Shown here: piece by piece, positions 43,938 through 52,901 of the stretch
Layout of the letters: each line of letters starts with the position of its first letter
Numbering within the stretch: position 1 is the first letter of the stretch
Source: a virus
Direction: 5' to 3' (one strand)
DNA length: 53,362 bases
IMG/VR virus record: IMGVR_UViG_3300045988_073284
Notes under the pieces: generated by a model
The model's input: only the letters and a program-made list of their open reading frames with translations
Told to the model about the DNA's origin: nothing
Database searches by the model: none
Made by a program: the position numbers and the translations under genes

Positions 43938-44495
43938 TCATCCCAAAAGATCGTAGTCTGGTTCACGACCTTCAAACTCTCGTAACTTGGAACAGCCAAA
44001 GGCACAGCTGCCATATTCGTTATCGTAAAAGTCATGGCAGTTGTCGCATGGTGATTTTCGTCCAGCACCCTTCTCTAAGAAAGAGGCTAAGGCTTTCTCC
44101 ACCAGTGAAACGCTGATCTTCTCATCTATGATCGCTTGATTCACTTCCTCTACAGAAACACCCGTATTCAGAGAGATCTCGCTGAAAACAGGAAAGCCTA
44201 AACTTGCAAACTGTCTTGCAACCTTCTTGGAAAGAAAGCCTTTCTTTCCTACTTCCAGATAGAGATCAAATATCTTTCTGGTGGAAACTCCCAGGCATCT
44301 TGCGATCTTTGTTATCATGGAGAGTGTGGCATCCACATGGTCAAAGATAGCTCTCTGGCTGGTGCTCATGCCAGATATATAGGCTTCTTTAACGATAGTG
44401 CCGAGCTGATCATTATCTTTCTCGCTAAGGGCTTTGAGGTTCTTTCTTTCGATATAACCTTCTGCCTCTGTCATTGCTTGTTGTCTATCTATCAT
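43938..44495 (-). CDS. Hypothetical protein with HTH-like middle and C-terminal Cys cluster
   Basis: 185 aa; ITKIARCLGVSTRKIFDLYL is HTH-like and the C-terminus is CDNCHDFYDNEYGSCAFGC. Confidence 0.5.
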   Translation of the reverse strand: MIDRQQAMTEAEGYIERKNLKALSEKDNDQLGTIVKEAYISGMSTSQRAIFDHVDATLSMITKIARCLGVSTRKIFDLYLEVGKKGFLSKKVARQFASLGFPVFSEISLNTGVSVEEVNQAIIDEKISVSLVEKALASFLEKGAGRKSPCDNCHDFYDNEYGSCAFGCSKLREFEGREPDYDLLG

Positions 44496-44546
44496 TTTAT
44501 CTATGAATTAAGTTACACATTACTTCTTGAAGGTGATATAGGGTGT

Positions 44547-44861
44547 TCAACCAAAGAGATCCAGGATATACTTGAACTTTGCCAGAGACATATTCTTCAC
44601 TCTGGTAACTTTGCGATCTCTGATCTCCTGGAACTTGTATGTATAAGGAGCCTTCTTGTAGTTACCGATCACTAACAGGACACAGGAAGCATCTGGATAA
44701 AACATAGCACTCTTGGTCTCTCTGGCATCCTTATCACGCATGGTAACAGCCACCAGATAATCGTTCTTTCTCTCCAGACCTAACTTGCTTAAGCTACATC
44801 TGTAGTCTTTAGGCTCAACCATAAAAGAACCCTTTCTATTTCTGATCTTCTTCTTTTTCAT
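44547..44861 (-). CDS. Hypothetical protein
   Basis: 104-aa ORF with a basic N-terminus MKKKKIRNRK. Confidence 0.45.
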   Translation of the reverse strand: MKKKKIRNRKGSFMVEPKDYRCSLSKLGLERKNDYLVAVTMRDKDARETKSAMFYPDASCVLLVIGNYKKAPYTYKFQEIRDRKVTRVKNMSLAKFKYILDLFG

Positions 44862-45005
44862 TTTCTTTGTTGTATATGGATATTAATACTAACACCAGGA
44901 ACACACATAGGATCCCAGCACGAAACGACTTGTTAAAACAGGCTATGATCGCTATCATGGTGGATAGCTGGAAAGCCTTACCTGGTAGGCTCCATCTTCC
45001 TCTGA

Positions 45006-45392
45006 TCATCCAGCACCTCCTTTCTTCTTTCTGCCTCCAGGCTTTGCAGCCTTCTTCTTTCTGGCGGCTGATCGTGCCGATTTCTTAAGGATGGATTCGG
45101 CTTTCACACCATACTCCTGTAGCTCCTTCACATACTTTCTGAGATCGGCAGCATCGAAAACGTTTTTCTCCTGGTGCTCCTTCTCCTGTTGCTCTTGCTT
45201 CTCCTGGTAGTTACAGGTTAAGACTGAATTAAACTGATCATCCTCCACGAAGTGAGGACAATCCTTACACATACGGCTGGCAACCTCATACACCTGGAGT
45301 GCATAGAGATCACGCATACCAAAGGGACACGGTGTTTTATACTCTGTGATCCCAAAGCGAAACTCATTTTTGATATACCTAATTTTTGGCAT
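45006..45392 (-). CDS. Hypothetical protein: Cys motifs, Gln/Glu-rich linker, strongly basic tail
   Basis: 128 aa; contains CPFG...CKDCPHF, QEKQEQQEKEHQEK and KKSARSAARKKKAAKPGGRKKKGGAG. Confidence 0.5.
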   Translation of the reverse strand: MPKIRYIKNEFRFGITEYKTPCPFGMRDLYALQVYEVASRMCKDCPHFVEDDQFNSVLTCNYQEKQEQQEKEHQEKNVFDAADLRKYVKELQEYGVKAESILKKSARSAARKKKAAKPGGRKKKGGAG

Positions 45393-45636
45393 GGCTCAAA
45401 TATTGATTAATGAATGATTTTATCTTGCTTAACTGAGAGCTGGCATATAGCCATTCACGAAGGATCCTCTTATTCTCCTTATACTCTCTGAATACCTGGT
45501 AGTAAGCAGGGCGCATGGTAAGATCCTCAGAGATCACCAGAGTGGTAAGATCCACCTCAGTATAGTACTCATTCCTAAACTCATTGCTGTGATCCTCGTA
45601 TGGAGCGAACACAGCTCTATCTGTAATTATAAACAT
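45379..45636 (-). CDS. Hypothetical protein
   Basis: 85-aa ORF overlapping the downstream gene by 14 nt. Confidence 0.45.
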   Translation of the reverse strand: MFIITDRAVFAPYEDHSNEFRNEYYTEVDLTTLVISEDLTMRPAYYQVFREYKENKRILREWLYASSQLSKIKSFINQYLSHAKN

Positions 45637-45648
45637 GGCTGTAGCTTT

Positions 45649-45909
45649 TTAGTTCTTCATGTGTTCCACAAAAGCAACGTGGTACACGTCATACACCTTC
45701 TTGATGATGGCAAACTTGAAACGATCTCCTGTGCCTTTCAAGCTGGGCACAAGAAAAACCTGGTAAGATCGTTCACCAGGTAAGGAACCAGACACGGAAA
45801 CATCCTCATGGTTCCTGGCATAGTCTTTCAAGCTATCTAAAAGAAGCTGGTGCGCTTCTGTGCCAAAAGCATTCACCAGCTTATCTTTATTTCTCAGAGC
45901 AAACCTCAT
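45649..45909 (-). CDS. Hypothetical protein
   Basis: 86-aa ORF. Confidence 0.45.
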   Translation of the reverse strand: MRFALRNKDKLVNAFGTEAHQLLLDSLKDYARNHEDVSVSGSLPGERSYQVFLVPSLKGTGDRFKFAIIKKVYDVYHVAFVEHMKN

Positions 45910-46303
45910 AGGCTAACTGTTTCTGTAGTTCCTTGATGTGATAGATGGCAGCTTCCAGTTTCCCAGCAAGCTCTGGAACATATCCCCATAGAGCCATAAC
46001 AAACGACTTGTATGTGGTATCTCCTACCTGGATGGTGCTATACTTGCTTGCTTGCTTGCAGCAGAGCCTCTGTATAGCCCATAACCTTGATGATCTCCAG
46101 ACCTGAACAGGAAGAACGTCCTGGATGTCTGAGCTGATCTTGTTTAGAGGCTTCTTTGTCACACCGTACAGATCGCCTTCACCCTTAACTGGTTTGAAAA
46201 GTACCACATACTGATTTTGCTTGAAATCAAGAGAACTGAGCTTCTTCTTGCGAAGCTCCAGTTCTTCCAGCATCTTCTGTAATTCGTTCTTAAGATCTCC
46301 CAT
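45887..46303 (-). CDS. Hypothetical protein
   Basis: 138-aa ORF overlapping the downstream gene by 23 nt. Confidence 0.5.
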   Translation of the reverse strand: MGDLKNELQKMLEELELRKKKLSSLDFKQNQYVVLFKPVKGEGDLYGVTKKPLNKISSDIQDVLPVQVWRSSRLWAIQRLCCKQASKYSTIQVGDTTYKSFVMALWGYVPELAGKLEAAIYHIKELQKQLAYEVCSEK

Positions 46304-46309
46304 AACTAA

Positions 46310-46669
46310 CTAGATTAAACTTGTTATCAGATCACGATCCTCATCTGTAATAGCATATTTCTTCTGGAGCACATAAAGAAGATAATTGCGTGCTCCCAGA
46401 AGTTCCACAGCCTTATTACGGAGATCCATAGTACCCAGCTTCTGGAACTGATCTGCCATCCAGTAGCCTAACTGGATCTTTTCCTCTCTGAGCTGTTTTC
46501 TCTCACGTGCAACGTCTGCCACCTTCTGGGTGATAACCTTTGAGGTGTTATAGAGCAAACAGAAGTCATCCTTATCCAGATCTGTATCCATATACATTTC
46601 ATTGATGGACTTAAATTCTTCTTCTGTCACCTTGTAATTAACTCTTTGTTCAAATTCTGATCTTAACAT
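46310..46669 (-). CDS. Hypothetical protein (first gene of the leftward block)
   Basis: 119-aa ORF. Confidence 0.5.
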   Translation of the reverse strand: MLRSEFEQRVNYKVTEEEFKSINEMYMDTDLDKDDFCLLYNTSKVITQKVADVARERKQLREEKIQLGYWMADQFQKLGTMDLRNKAVELLGARNYLLYVLQKKYAITDEDRDLITSLI

Positions 46670-46726
46670 GATGTAATAATTTAAAAATTAAACTTGCATT
46701 TGATGTGTGTATCTGAAACACAGGTG

Positions 46727-46734
46727 CAAAGATA
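46727..46734 (-). promoter_or_regulatory. TAnnTTTG -7 box on the minus strand (tatctttg)
   Basis: The plus strand reads caaagata. It lies 58 nt upstream of the minus-strand ATG at 46669. Confidence 0.4.
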
Positions 46735-46853
46735 GTGTTTTTTATTGAATACACCAAACATTTTTAGATTTATTTTCTATTTATTTTCGATCTGTTTTCT
46801 ATCAAGTGTGCATAAAACGCTGAAAATCTTAATGTTATAAAAATAAAAATATT

Positions 46854-46872
46854 ATGCGTATGTTATACGAAT
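46854..46872. promoter_or_regulatory. Palindrome atgcgtat-gtt-atacgaat (third, one-mismatch copy of the shared motif)
   Basis: Same left arm as the 13355 and 35458 copies. The right arm differs at one base. Confidence 0.45.
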
Positions 46873-46887
46873 ATTAGAAAATTTTCC

Positions 46888-46895
46888 TATCTTTG
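46888..46895 (+). promoter_or_regulatory. TAnnTTTG -7 box (tatctttg) for the capsid/tail operon
   Basis: Exact consensus match 29 nt upstream of ATG 46924. Confidence 0.45.
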
Positions 46896-46923
46896 CGGTG
46901 TTTAAACAAATTTAAGTATCAAT

Positions 46924-47562
46924 ATGAACAAGTTACTCTTTTCAAAAGTTATAGATCAGTGCAAAGACACTGGCTTGTCAGAGGAGTGTCTTAAGGATTT
47001 AACCGAAGCTATCGGTGGAAGTATTGAAGATGATTCGACTGATGAGGAGGCGATCGGCAAAGTAGCAAACCAGATTAAGCAAGTGGCTGTTAGTACTCAG
47101 TCAGAGGCTTCAAGGTGGGCGAACAACAAGAAGGATCCAAAGAACAAGAAGGATCATAAGAAACATAAGCCAGCCAACAAGGATGGTGAAGGTGATGATG
47201 ATGATGATGATGATCCAGACGGTGACCAAGATCCACCTCAAAATACCGATAACCAGGTTTTGGAGCTTCTTAAGAAACTTGAAAAGCGTATGGATCAATT
47301 CGAGGCCGATGGTAAGACCAAGGATCGCCAGAAACTTATCAAGGAAGCGATGGAGAACCACAAGATCCCAACTAAGTTCCGTGATCGACTTGCAAAGTCT
47401 ATCGGGGATGATGAGGATATTGAGGAGACCGTCAAGGCTTTCAAACAGGATTTCATTACTGAGGGACTTACTTCTGAGGGAGAACAGAAAAACAAGACAG
47501 CAACGGAACAGCAAGTAGATGAAGCTGCTGATGCCTTGCTCAAAAGTATCACTGTTGAATAA
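46924..47562 (+). CDS. Scaffolding protein candidate
   Basis: 212 aa, highly charged and helical, with a poly-Asp run (GEGDDDDDDDPDGD). First gene of the capsid operon, two genes upstream of the capsid protein. Confidence 0.5.
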   Translation: MNKLLFSKVIDQCKDTGLSEECLKDLTEAIGGSIEDDSTDEEAIGKVANQIKQVAVSTQSEASRWANNKKDPKNKKDHKKHKPANKDGEGDDDDDDDPDGDQDPPQNTDNQVLELLKKLEKRMDQFEADGKTKDRQKLIKEAMENHKIPTKFRDRLAKSIGDDEDIEETVKAFKQDFITEGLTSEGEQKNKTATEQQVDEAADALLKSITVE

Positions 47563-47573
47563 AAAAGGTTATT

Positions 47574-48203
47574 ATGAAAGGAACAAAAGCATCTTTCGTA
47601 GGTTCAAGACCGATTTTTACAGGCTCTCCTACTATCGTGCCTGGTGGCTTCAATCTGGATAAGACAAGCCAGAATTTCCGTGTTGGTGACGTGATCCCAG
47701 CTGGAACACTGGCTATCTATGATGAGCAGAAGCGCACAGTTAAGGTAGTAAAGACTGCAAAGGTTTTGTCTGTCAAGGGTACAACCGTTACCCTGTATGT
47801 TGATGAGTTCTATGAGCCTATCTTCTGTGAAGGCGATCGTGTTGCTAAGGCTGGAGATATCTCTGGAACCTGGGCGAGTGCGGTTACTATCACTAAGGTA
47901 GTGAAAACTCCAAACTCATGTGAGATCACTCTTTCTGCTGCTATCAGTGGTTTGGCTGCTGATAACATCATCCAGGAGGTTGTTAAGTCTGGTGAAAATG
48001 CCGCTGAGATCGGCACAGCTAACGCTGTCCTTATCACAGACACAGATGTTCGCCAGGATGAATCACAGGTAGATGTATGTGATCACACACTTAATTACAG
48101 AATGTTTGAGAGACGTGTGCCACCTATCCCAGCTTCCCAGAAGTCTGCTGATGGTAGAGCATTGAAGGGTAATGCCAACGTTCTTCTCACACAGAGTTAT
48201 TAA
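47574..48203 (+). CDS. Capsid-module protein (decoration-like position)
   Basis: 209-aa ORF between the scaffold candidate and the major capsid candidate. No motif recognised. Confidence 0.4.
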   Translation: MKGTKASFVGSRPIFTGSPTIVPGGFNLDKTSQNFRVGDVIPAGTLAIYDEQKRTVKVVKTAKVLSVKGTTVTLYVDEFYEPIFCEGDRVAKAGDISGTWASAVTITKVVKTPNSCEITLSAAISGLAADNIIQEVVKSGENAAEIGTANAVLITDTDVRQDESQVDVCDHTLNYRMFERRVPPIPASQKSADGRALKGNANVLLTQSY

Positions 48204-48226
48204 CATTTAAAATTTAAGTACGACTT

Positions 48227-49450
48227 ATGAGATCAATATTTAATGATTTTACGGATCTTGTGAAAGACGGTAAGCCTCTGGATCTCCTGGCTACATGGAG
48301 GAAAACCTTCGATAAGGCTAGCCAGAACGAGGCTACAATCTTCCAGAAGATGTACTGTGATACCTGGTGCGACTGGAACACACCTCAGATGTCACTCACA
48401 GCTGAGGGTGTGATCGGCAAGTACAACATCCGTTTCATGGCTACACTGATCGGTGATGAATCTCCTACACCTCTCAGACGTGCCGATGGCTTCGACACAT
48501 GGACTAAGGAGATCCCACGTGTGGGACACAAGTTCCCTATGACTGCTAGGGAGTATCGTAAGATGATGGAGGTGTATGAGAATCCTCATATCTCTGATAC
48601 GGCTAAGGTTAAGGCTATCGAAAAGACACTTCACGCATCTATGGAGGATGCTTATCTGGGTGTTAAGGATGTTATGGACTTCATCTTGCTCCAGGCATTC
48701 AGTAACGATGGTGTGGCTCAGTTTGAGCCAGAGGTAAACAACCCAGGCGGTCGTAAGTTTGAGATCGACTATTGCATGGATGAGGAAAACAAGCTCATTT
48801 CAGTCTATAATTGGACTGATGAGAATGTTAAGGCTGGCAAGGTATCGCCTATCCTCACACTCGCTGCAATTTGTTCAAGTCTCCGAAATCGTGGTATCGA
48901 GCCAGGTGAGATCTTGATGAGCCAGGATCTTTATTACTGGTTGCGCATGAACCCAGCAACACGTTTGCTTGTTCACGGATCAGACAAGAAGGATCAGACC
49001 GTTACAAAGTCTGAGCTTGAAACAGAGCTGACAGAGAACGAGATCCCTAACATTACTGTGGTTAAGCGCAGAATGGGCATTGATAAGGATGGTAAGCGCA
49101 AGACACTTGATCCTTGGGATCATAACTTCATCTGTATCAAGCCAGAGGGCAAGGTGGCTGAGATCCAGCCAGCGATCGAGGATAACCAGCTGATGGAGGA
49201 AAAGGATGTGGACTACATCAACGCTGGTAATGGTATCCGTATCGCTAAGTGGCGCACAGGTGAATCTACAGGACAGCAAGCCGCTGAGTACACCCAGGGA
49301 TCTGGTCGTTTGCTTCCTCTGATCACACGTATTGGTGAGATCGCTTGCGTACAGGTTCGTGGCTTCAAGGAGCAGACGATCGAGGGCGCAAACATTGATA
49401 CTAAATCGTTCGTCACACGATCTGAGTATGGCACAATCGAAACTCTCTAA
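48227..49450 (+). CDS. Major capsid protein candidate
   Basis: 407 aa. Size and position (after scaffold and decoration-like genes, before connector genes) support the call. No sequence motif could be verified. Confidence 0.6.
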   Translation: MRSIFNDFTDLVKDGKPLDLLATWRKTFDKASQNEATIFQKMYCDTWCDWNTPQMSLTAEGVIGKYNIRFMATLIGDESPTPLRRADGFDTWTKEIPRVGHKFPMTAREYRKMMEVYENPHISDTAKVKAIEKTLHASMEDAYLGVKDVMDFILLQAFSNDGVAQFEPEVNNPGGRKFEIDYCMDEENKLISVYNWTDENVKAGKVSPILTLAAICSSLRNRGIEPGEILMSQDLYYWLRMNPATRLLVHGSDKKDQTVTKSELETELTENEIPNITVVKRRMGIDKDGKRKTLDPWDHNFICIKPEGKVAEIQPAIEDNQLMEEKDVDYINAGNGIRIAKWRTGESTGQQAAEYTQGSGRLLPLITRIGEIACVQVRGFKEQTIEGANIDTKSFVTRSEYGTIETL

Positions 49451-49461
49451 CATATTCATAT

Positions 49462-49824
49462 ATGGGAAAGATTAAATTCGTAACTAAGGTAAAGAAGGTT
49501 TTCCGTGACAAGATCACTGGGAACCTTCTCAATCCTTGTGATACTCTCATTATTGAGAATGATACTGCCAGGTTGAATTTGTGTATCAGTAAGGGTGCTG
49601 TAGAGCTTGTTTCTGTTGAGACAGAATCCGACAACGACAAGGGAGGCAACCCTACTACTGTGTGTGTAAATGGTACAGAGTATGATCTGAATAAGGTCAA
49701 GGAAGCCCTTTCTGTTATTGGAGCCGCTGTAAATGCTAACGCTGGTTTCAACGGTGTAAATAACAAGGTCGCTTCTCTCGCTTCTGATCAGATCGAGGCT
49801 CTGGAAGCAGAACTTAATAAGTAA
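49462..49824 (+). CDS. Hypothetical structural-module protein
   Basis: 120-aa ORF directly after the capsid gene. Confidence 0.45.
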   Translation: MGKIKFVTKVKKVFRDKITGNLLNPCDTLIIENDTARLNLCISKGAVELVSVETESDNDKGGNPTTVCVNGTEYDLNKVKEALSVIGAAVNANAGFNGVNNKVASLASDQIEALEAELNK

Positions 49825-49830
49825 TCTCTC

Positions 49831-50169
49831 ATGGGCGCATTAACAAACAAACAGGCTCTCTCTGGTGAACTGGAGCCTTATTCTGTTTCACAGCCAACGA
49901 TGATAAAAGCCCTACTGGATGCTGGTTTTTCCTCAGAGGATGTAGATGGTGACTACAAACCAGAGGATAAGAGCAAGATCGCAATAGCTGCAATCTATGT
50001 ATTGAAGAAGCTGATCGTGCTAACCAGCGACAGTTTGGGCAAATCATCCCAGGGCTATTCAGTGGATAAGCTGGAGGATCGTATCAAAGGGCTATGCTCT
50101 GAGAATGATCTGGATGCTGATGAGTACCTGGATGTGCCCACAGTTGAGGATGGATCAAACCTTTGGTAA
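49831..50169 (+). CDS. Head-tail connector/adaptor candidate
   Basis: 112-aa ORF. The call is from position only. Confidence 0.35.
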   Translation: MGALTNKQALSGELEPYSVSQPTMIKALLDAGFSSEDVDGDYKPEDKSKIAIAAIYVLKKLIVLTSDSLGKSSQGYSVDKLEDRIKGLCSENDLDADEYLDVPTVEDGSNLW

Positions 50170-50172
50170 ATT

Positions 50173-50496
50173 ATGAGGTGTAACGGAACATTCAGATACA
50201 CAGCCCTGGCTGGTGGTGAGAAGGATGAGGATACTGGCTTCATTACTGGCTCAGAACCTATTTGGGAGGACGGTATGGAATGCCAGATAGACAAGTCTAT
50301 TCCAGCATCCAGCTACAGATCGGCTGATGGTCAAGCCTTCTTCTACACCTATGATGTATTCATAGATAAGAGCTTCGATGGAAATATTACGATAGGCTCT
50401 GAGGTAGAGGTAACGTTTGATGATGGAAGCACCGAATCTTTTACCGTACAAGGCATAGATAACGCTAACAGAAAATATCTGGAGATATGGGGATAA
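50173..50496 (+). CDS. Head closure / head-tail adaptor candidate
   Basis: 107-aa ORF. The call rests on position and size. Confidence 0.35.
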   Translation: MRCNGTFRYTALAGGEKDEDTGFITGSEPIWEDGMECQIDKSIPASSYRSADGQAFFYTYDVFIDKSFDGNITIGSEVEVTFDDGSTESFTVQGIDNANRKYLEIWG

Positions 50497-50957
50497 AATA
50501 CGTTTCTGGTTACAACCTAATACCAGAAGCTGTAAGAGAGTTCCAGGAGCGTGTTGAAAACGCTACAGTGTACTATTTCTCCTACATGGGAGAGAAACTT
50601 GCAAAGTACGCTAAGGAAATGCACAGCTACACTGATCGGACTGGCAACCTTACAAACTCCATAGGGTATGCGGTTGTTAAGGGTGGTAAGATCATCAACA
50701 CAGGCGGCATGATGGGATCCAGCGAGGCTAAAGCTGCCTCACTCCAGGTGCTCCAGGAAATGATGGATCGGATAAACCACCAGTTTGCTCTGATCATTAT
50801 CGCTGGTATGGAATACGCTTCCTATGTGGAGGCGAAAGGCTATAACGTCATTATGCCAGCGGAATTGAAGGCAAAGGCAGAAATGCCAGCCGTTATCCAG
50901 AGGATCAAGCTGGAGGCATCTATGAAGGCAAAGGAACAATTTGGAATTTCTTTATGA
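50487..50957 (+). CDS. HK97 gp10-like tail component
   Basis: The pattern YTDRTGNLTNSIGY ... AGMEYASYVEAKGY follows the tGnL.nSi ... YA.yVE.G pattern of the gp10 family. Confidence 0.5.
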   Translation: MGIKYVSGYNLIPEAVREFQERVENATVYYFSYMGEKLAKYAKEMHSYTDRTGNLTNSIGYAVVKGGKIINTGGMMGSSEAKAASLQVLQEMMDRINHQFALIIIAGMEYASYVEAKGYNVIMPAELKAKAEMPAVIQRIKLEASMKAKEQFGISL

Positions 50958-51373
50958 TAACAGTTGAAGATATTCAGATCAAGGTTTACCAGTTACTCAA
51001 AGAGAAACTGAAAGCCGTGAAGCTAACAGGATCGGTGGGCTACACCAGGCACGACTTCACAAAAGAGGATGTGATCATCCTTTCAAAAGGTAGCGAGGGA
51101 TCCAGTGATCTTTGTGTCGGCTCTATAGTTGTAAATATCCACGTTCCCGACATCAAGCGCAAGAAGAAAGATGGATCCATCCTGTATGATATTAATTTCC
51201 CCAGGTTGATGGAGATAAGGACTGCAACGATCGAGGCTCTGAATAGCTACTATAATGCTGAGGAAGGGTATAACTGGGTGATCTCACACCTGGATCCAGC
51301 CACTAAGGAGCAAGATCAAGATGAGCACTTCTTTCCTGTTTACCTGGAGATCTATATTAGACACAATAAGTAA
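50954..51373 (+). CDS. Tail completion / terminator candidate
   Basis: 139-aa ORF between the gp10-like gene and the major tail gene. The call is from position only. Confidence 0.35.
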   Translation: MITVEDIQIKVYQLLKEKLKAVKLTGSVGYTRHDFTKEDVIILSKGSEGSSDLCVGSIVVNIHVPDIKRKKKDGSILYDINFPRLMEIRTATIEALNSYYNAEEGYNWVISHLDPATKEQDQDEHFFPVYLEIYIRHNK

Positions 51374-51391
51374 TTTTAAAATTATAGAACT

Positions 51392-51889
51392 ATGATTTTA
51401 TCAACAATGGGTATTAAGGCACTCTATTATGCGCCTATCAATAAGGCAGACCCAACCAAAATGCCTACTTCTGGCTTCAAGCCAGTGGATGTGTACCAGG
51501 ATACTTGCACCTTCAAGGATAAGGATCCTACCACAACCACACACAAGAGCGAGACTTCTAACAAGAAGATCAACCAGGTATCCAAGGAAGGAAACGAGCT
51601 TGTTTTCTCTATCATGGATCCATCCAAGGCGATCCGTGCGGACTTCGAGGGTGGTAAGTATGATGAGAGCAAGAAAACATATACTGAGCCAGATGTGGCA
51701 CAGAATATCGAAATGTCTCTGATCGTCCTTCCTACTGCTGGTGATGCGCTTCACATTTCATGTGCAAGCATTTCAGCACTTAAAAATACTACTTATTCCT
51801 CTAAGGGTATCTCTCTGGAAGATGTGACAGCCACACCTACCTACCCTATTGTTTATTCTGAGGATCTTACTATTCCTGGTCAATCATAA
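51392..51889 (+). CDS. Major tail protein candidate
   Basis: 165-aa ORF, the last gene before the chaperone pair and tape measure. A strong terminator-like hairpin follows it. Confidence 0.5.
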   Translation: MILSTMGIKALYYAPINKADPTKMPTSGFKPVDVYQDTCTFKDKDPTTTTHKSETSNKKINQVSKEGNELVFSIMDPSKAIRADFEGGKYDESKKTYTEPDVAQNIEMSLIVLPTAGDALHISCASISALKNTTYSSKGISLEDVTATPTYPIVYSEDLTIPGQS

Positions 51890-51924
51890 GGAATGTAAGC
51901 AGATGTTTCATAACTACACGGTGT

Positions 51925-51955
51925 AAAGCCTCCTATCCCCAGGATGGGGGGCTTT
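51925..51955 (+). terminator. Long hairpin after the major tail gene
   Basis: aaagcctcctatcc (51925..51938) pairs with ggatggggggcttt (51942..51955) to give a 14-bp stem including three G-U pairs. The loop is 3 nt and is followed by tctctatttt. Confidence 0.55.
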
Positions 51956-52022
51956 CTCTATTTTATTAACACAGTTTTAACAGAAAACGTTTCTGTTTTA
52001 GCATATATAAACACAAAAAGCT

Positions 52023-52670
52023 ATGAGTGAAGAAAACAAGAAGAAAGAGCTTACCAGGGAGCAAAAGCTAGCGATCGAGGAAAAGGCGATCCAGGCACTC
52101 CTTGATATGGGTGTTAAATTCAGTGTTCCTTTGAAGATGGAGATCAAGACACAGCCAAAGAGGATCAGCTGGTGGAATCGCCACTTCCCGAACCACCAGA
52201 TCATCTGGCATGATGATCGTTTTCCGAAAGACTGGGATGTGAGTATAGAGGATATTCCAGAAGCCGATCGCCAGAATATGCAAACGGTGTACCTCAGAAG
52301 GTTCTATGTTAAGCCTCTCTATCTTGGTACGATCGACAGGATCAGAGCCGAATATCTTAACATAGAGTTTGATGAGGAGAAGATCCAGGTAGCTCCAGGA
52401 GCTGAGAGCAAGAAGCTGTTTAAGTATATCCCGACAATGGCTAAGATCGCTGCAATGGCTGTTATCAACGACAAGAGGGTGACGGATCCAGAGAATGAGG
52501 ATGTGAAGGAACTCCAGGCATTCTTTATCGAGCACCTTACAGTAAACACCCTATCACGACTTGTTTCTATCATTTCCCAGATGATGAACACCGTGGGTTT
52601 TACGAACTCTATTCGATCAATCGTGGAACTTCCACAACCAACAAAGCCAAAGCAAAATCGAGTAGAGTAA
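52023..52670 (+). CDS. Tail assembly chaperone (gpG-like)
   Basis: 215-aa ORF immediately upstream of the tape measure. It contains a slippery heptamer, and the -1 frame is open past its stop. Confidence 0.6.
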   Translation: MSEENKKKELTREQKLAIEEKAIQALLDMGVKFSVPLKMEIKTQPKRISWWNRHFPNHQIIWHDDRFPKDWDVSIEDIPEADRQNMQTVYLRRFYVKPLYLGTIDRIRAEYLNIEFDEEKIQVAPGAESKKLFKYIPTMAKIAAMAVINDKRVTDPENEDVKELQAFFIEHLTVNTLSRLVSIISQMMNTVGFTNSIRSIVELPQPTKPKQNRVE

Positions 52671-52891
52671 TCGGTTTAAATTCTGCCTGGGGAAACAGAG
52701 GTGAGATCTGTAAAAACTATGGTTGGACTTTAGACTATTTGCAATGGCAAATATCCTGGGTGAACGTTCAGATGATCCTGGCAGATGCCCCAAGGTGTCT
52801 GGATGAGGATGAGGTGAAAGAACAGAATGTTACCACTAACGAGCTGAAATCCAAGGATGATATTAAGAATTTCGTTAAAAACTTCATGTAA
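52023..52891 (+). CDS. Predicted -1 frameshift fusion product (gpGT-like)
   Basis: Slipping at 52595..52601 joins about 192 zero-frame codons to about 97 codons in the -1 frame (GFYELYSINRGTSTTNKAKAKSSRVIGLNSAWGNRGEICKNYGWTLDYLQWQISWVNVQMILADAPRCLDEDEVKEQNVTTNELKSKDDIKNFVKNFM). The fusion ends at TAA 52889..52891, 10 nt before the TMP ATG. The -1 segment has no early start codon of its own. Confidence 0.45.
52595..52601 (+). promoter_or_regulatory. -1 programmed frameshift slippery heptamer G GGT TTT
   Basis: In the zero frame the codons read gtG GGT TTT, which is X XXY YYZ. The -1 frame is open from 52499 through 52891. Confidence 0.5.
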
Positions 52892-52901
52892 GTTATAAGT
52901 T

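Noticed and set aside
44867-45088. Plus-strand 73-aa ORF in the gap of the leftward block, and other short plus-strand ORFs within 43212..45783.
   Set aside because: They are antisense to, or overlap, the coherent minus-strand operon, and they have low-complexity translations with no start context.
47194-47214. (GAT)7 microsatellite in the scaffold candidate and the GGN run near 2234..2281 in the tape measure.
   Set aside because: Both are in-frame homopolymeric-amino-acid linkers (poly-Asp, poly-Gly). They may be length-variable, but there is no evidence of a regulatory or phase-variation role.
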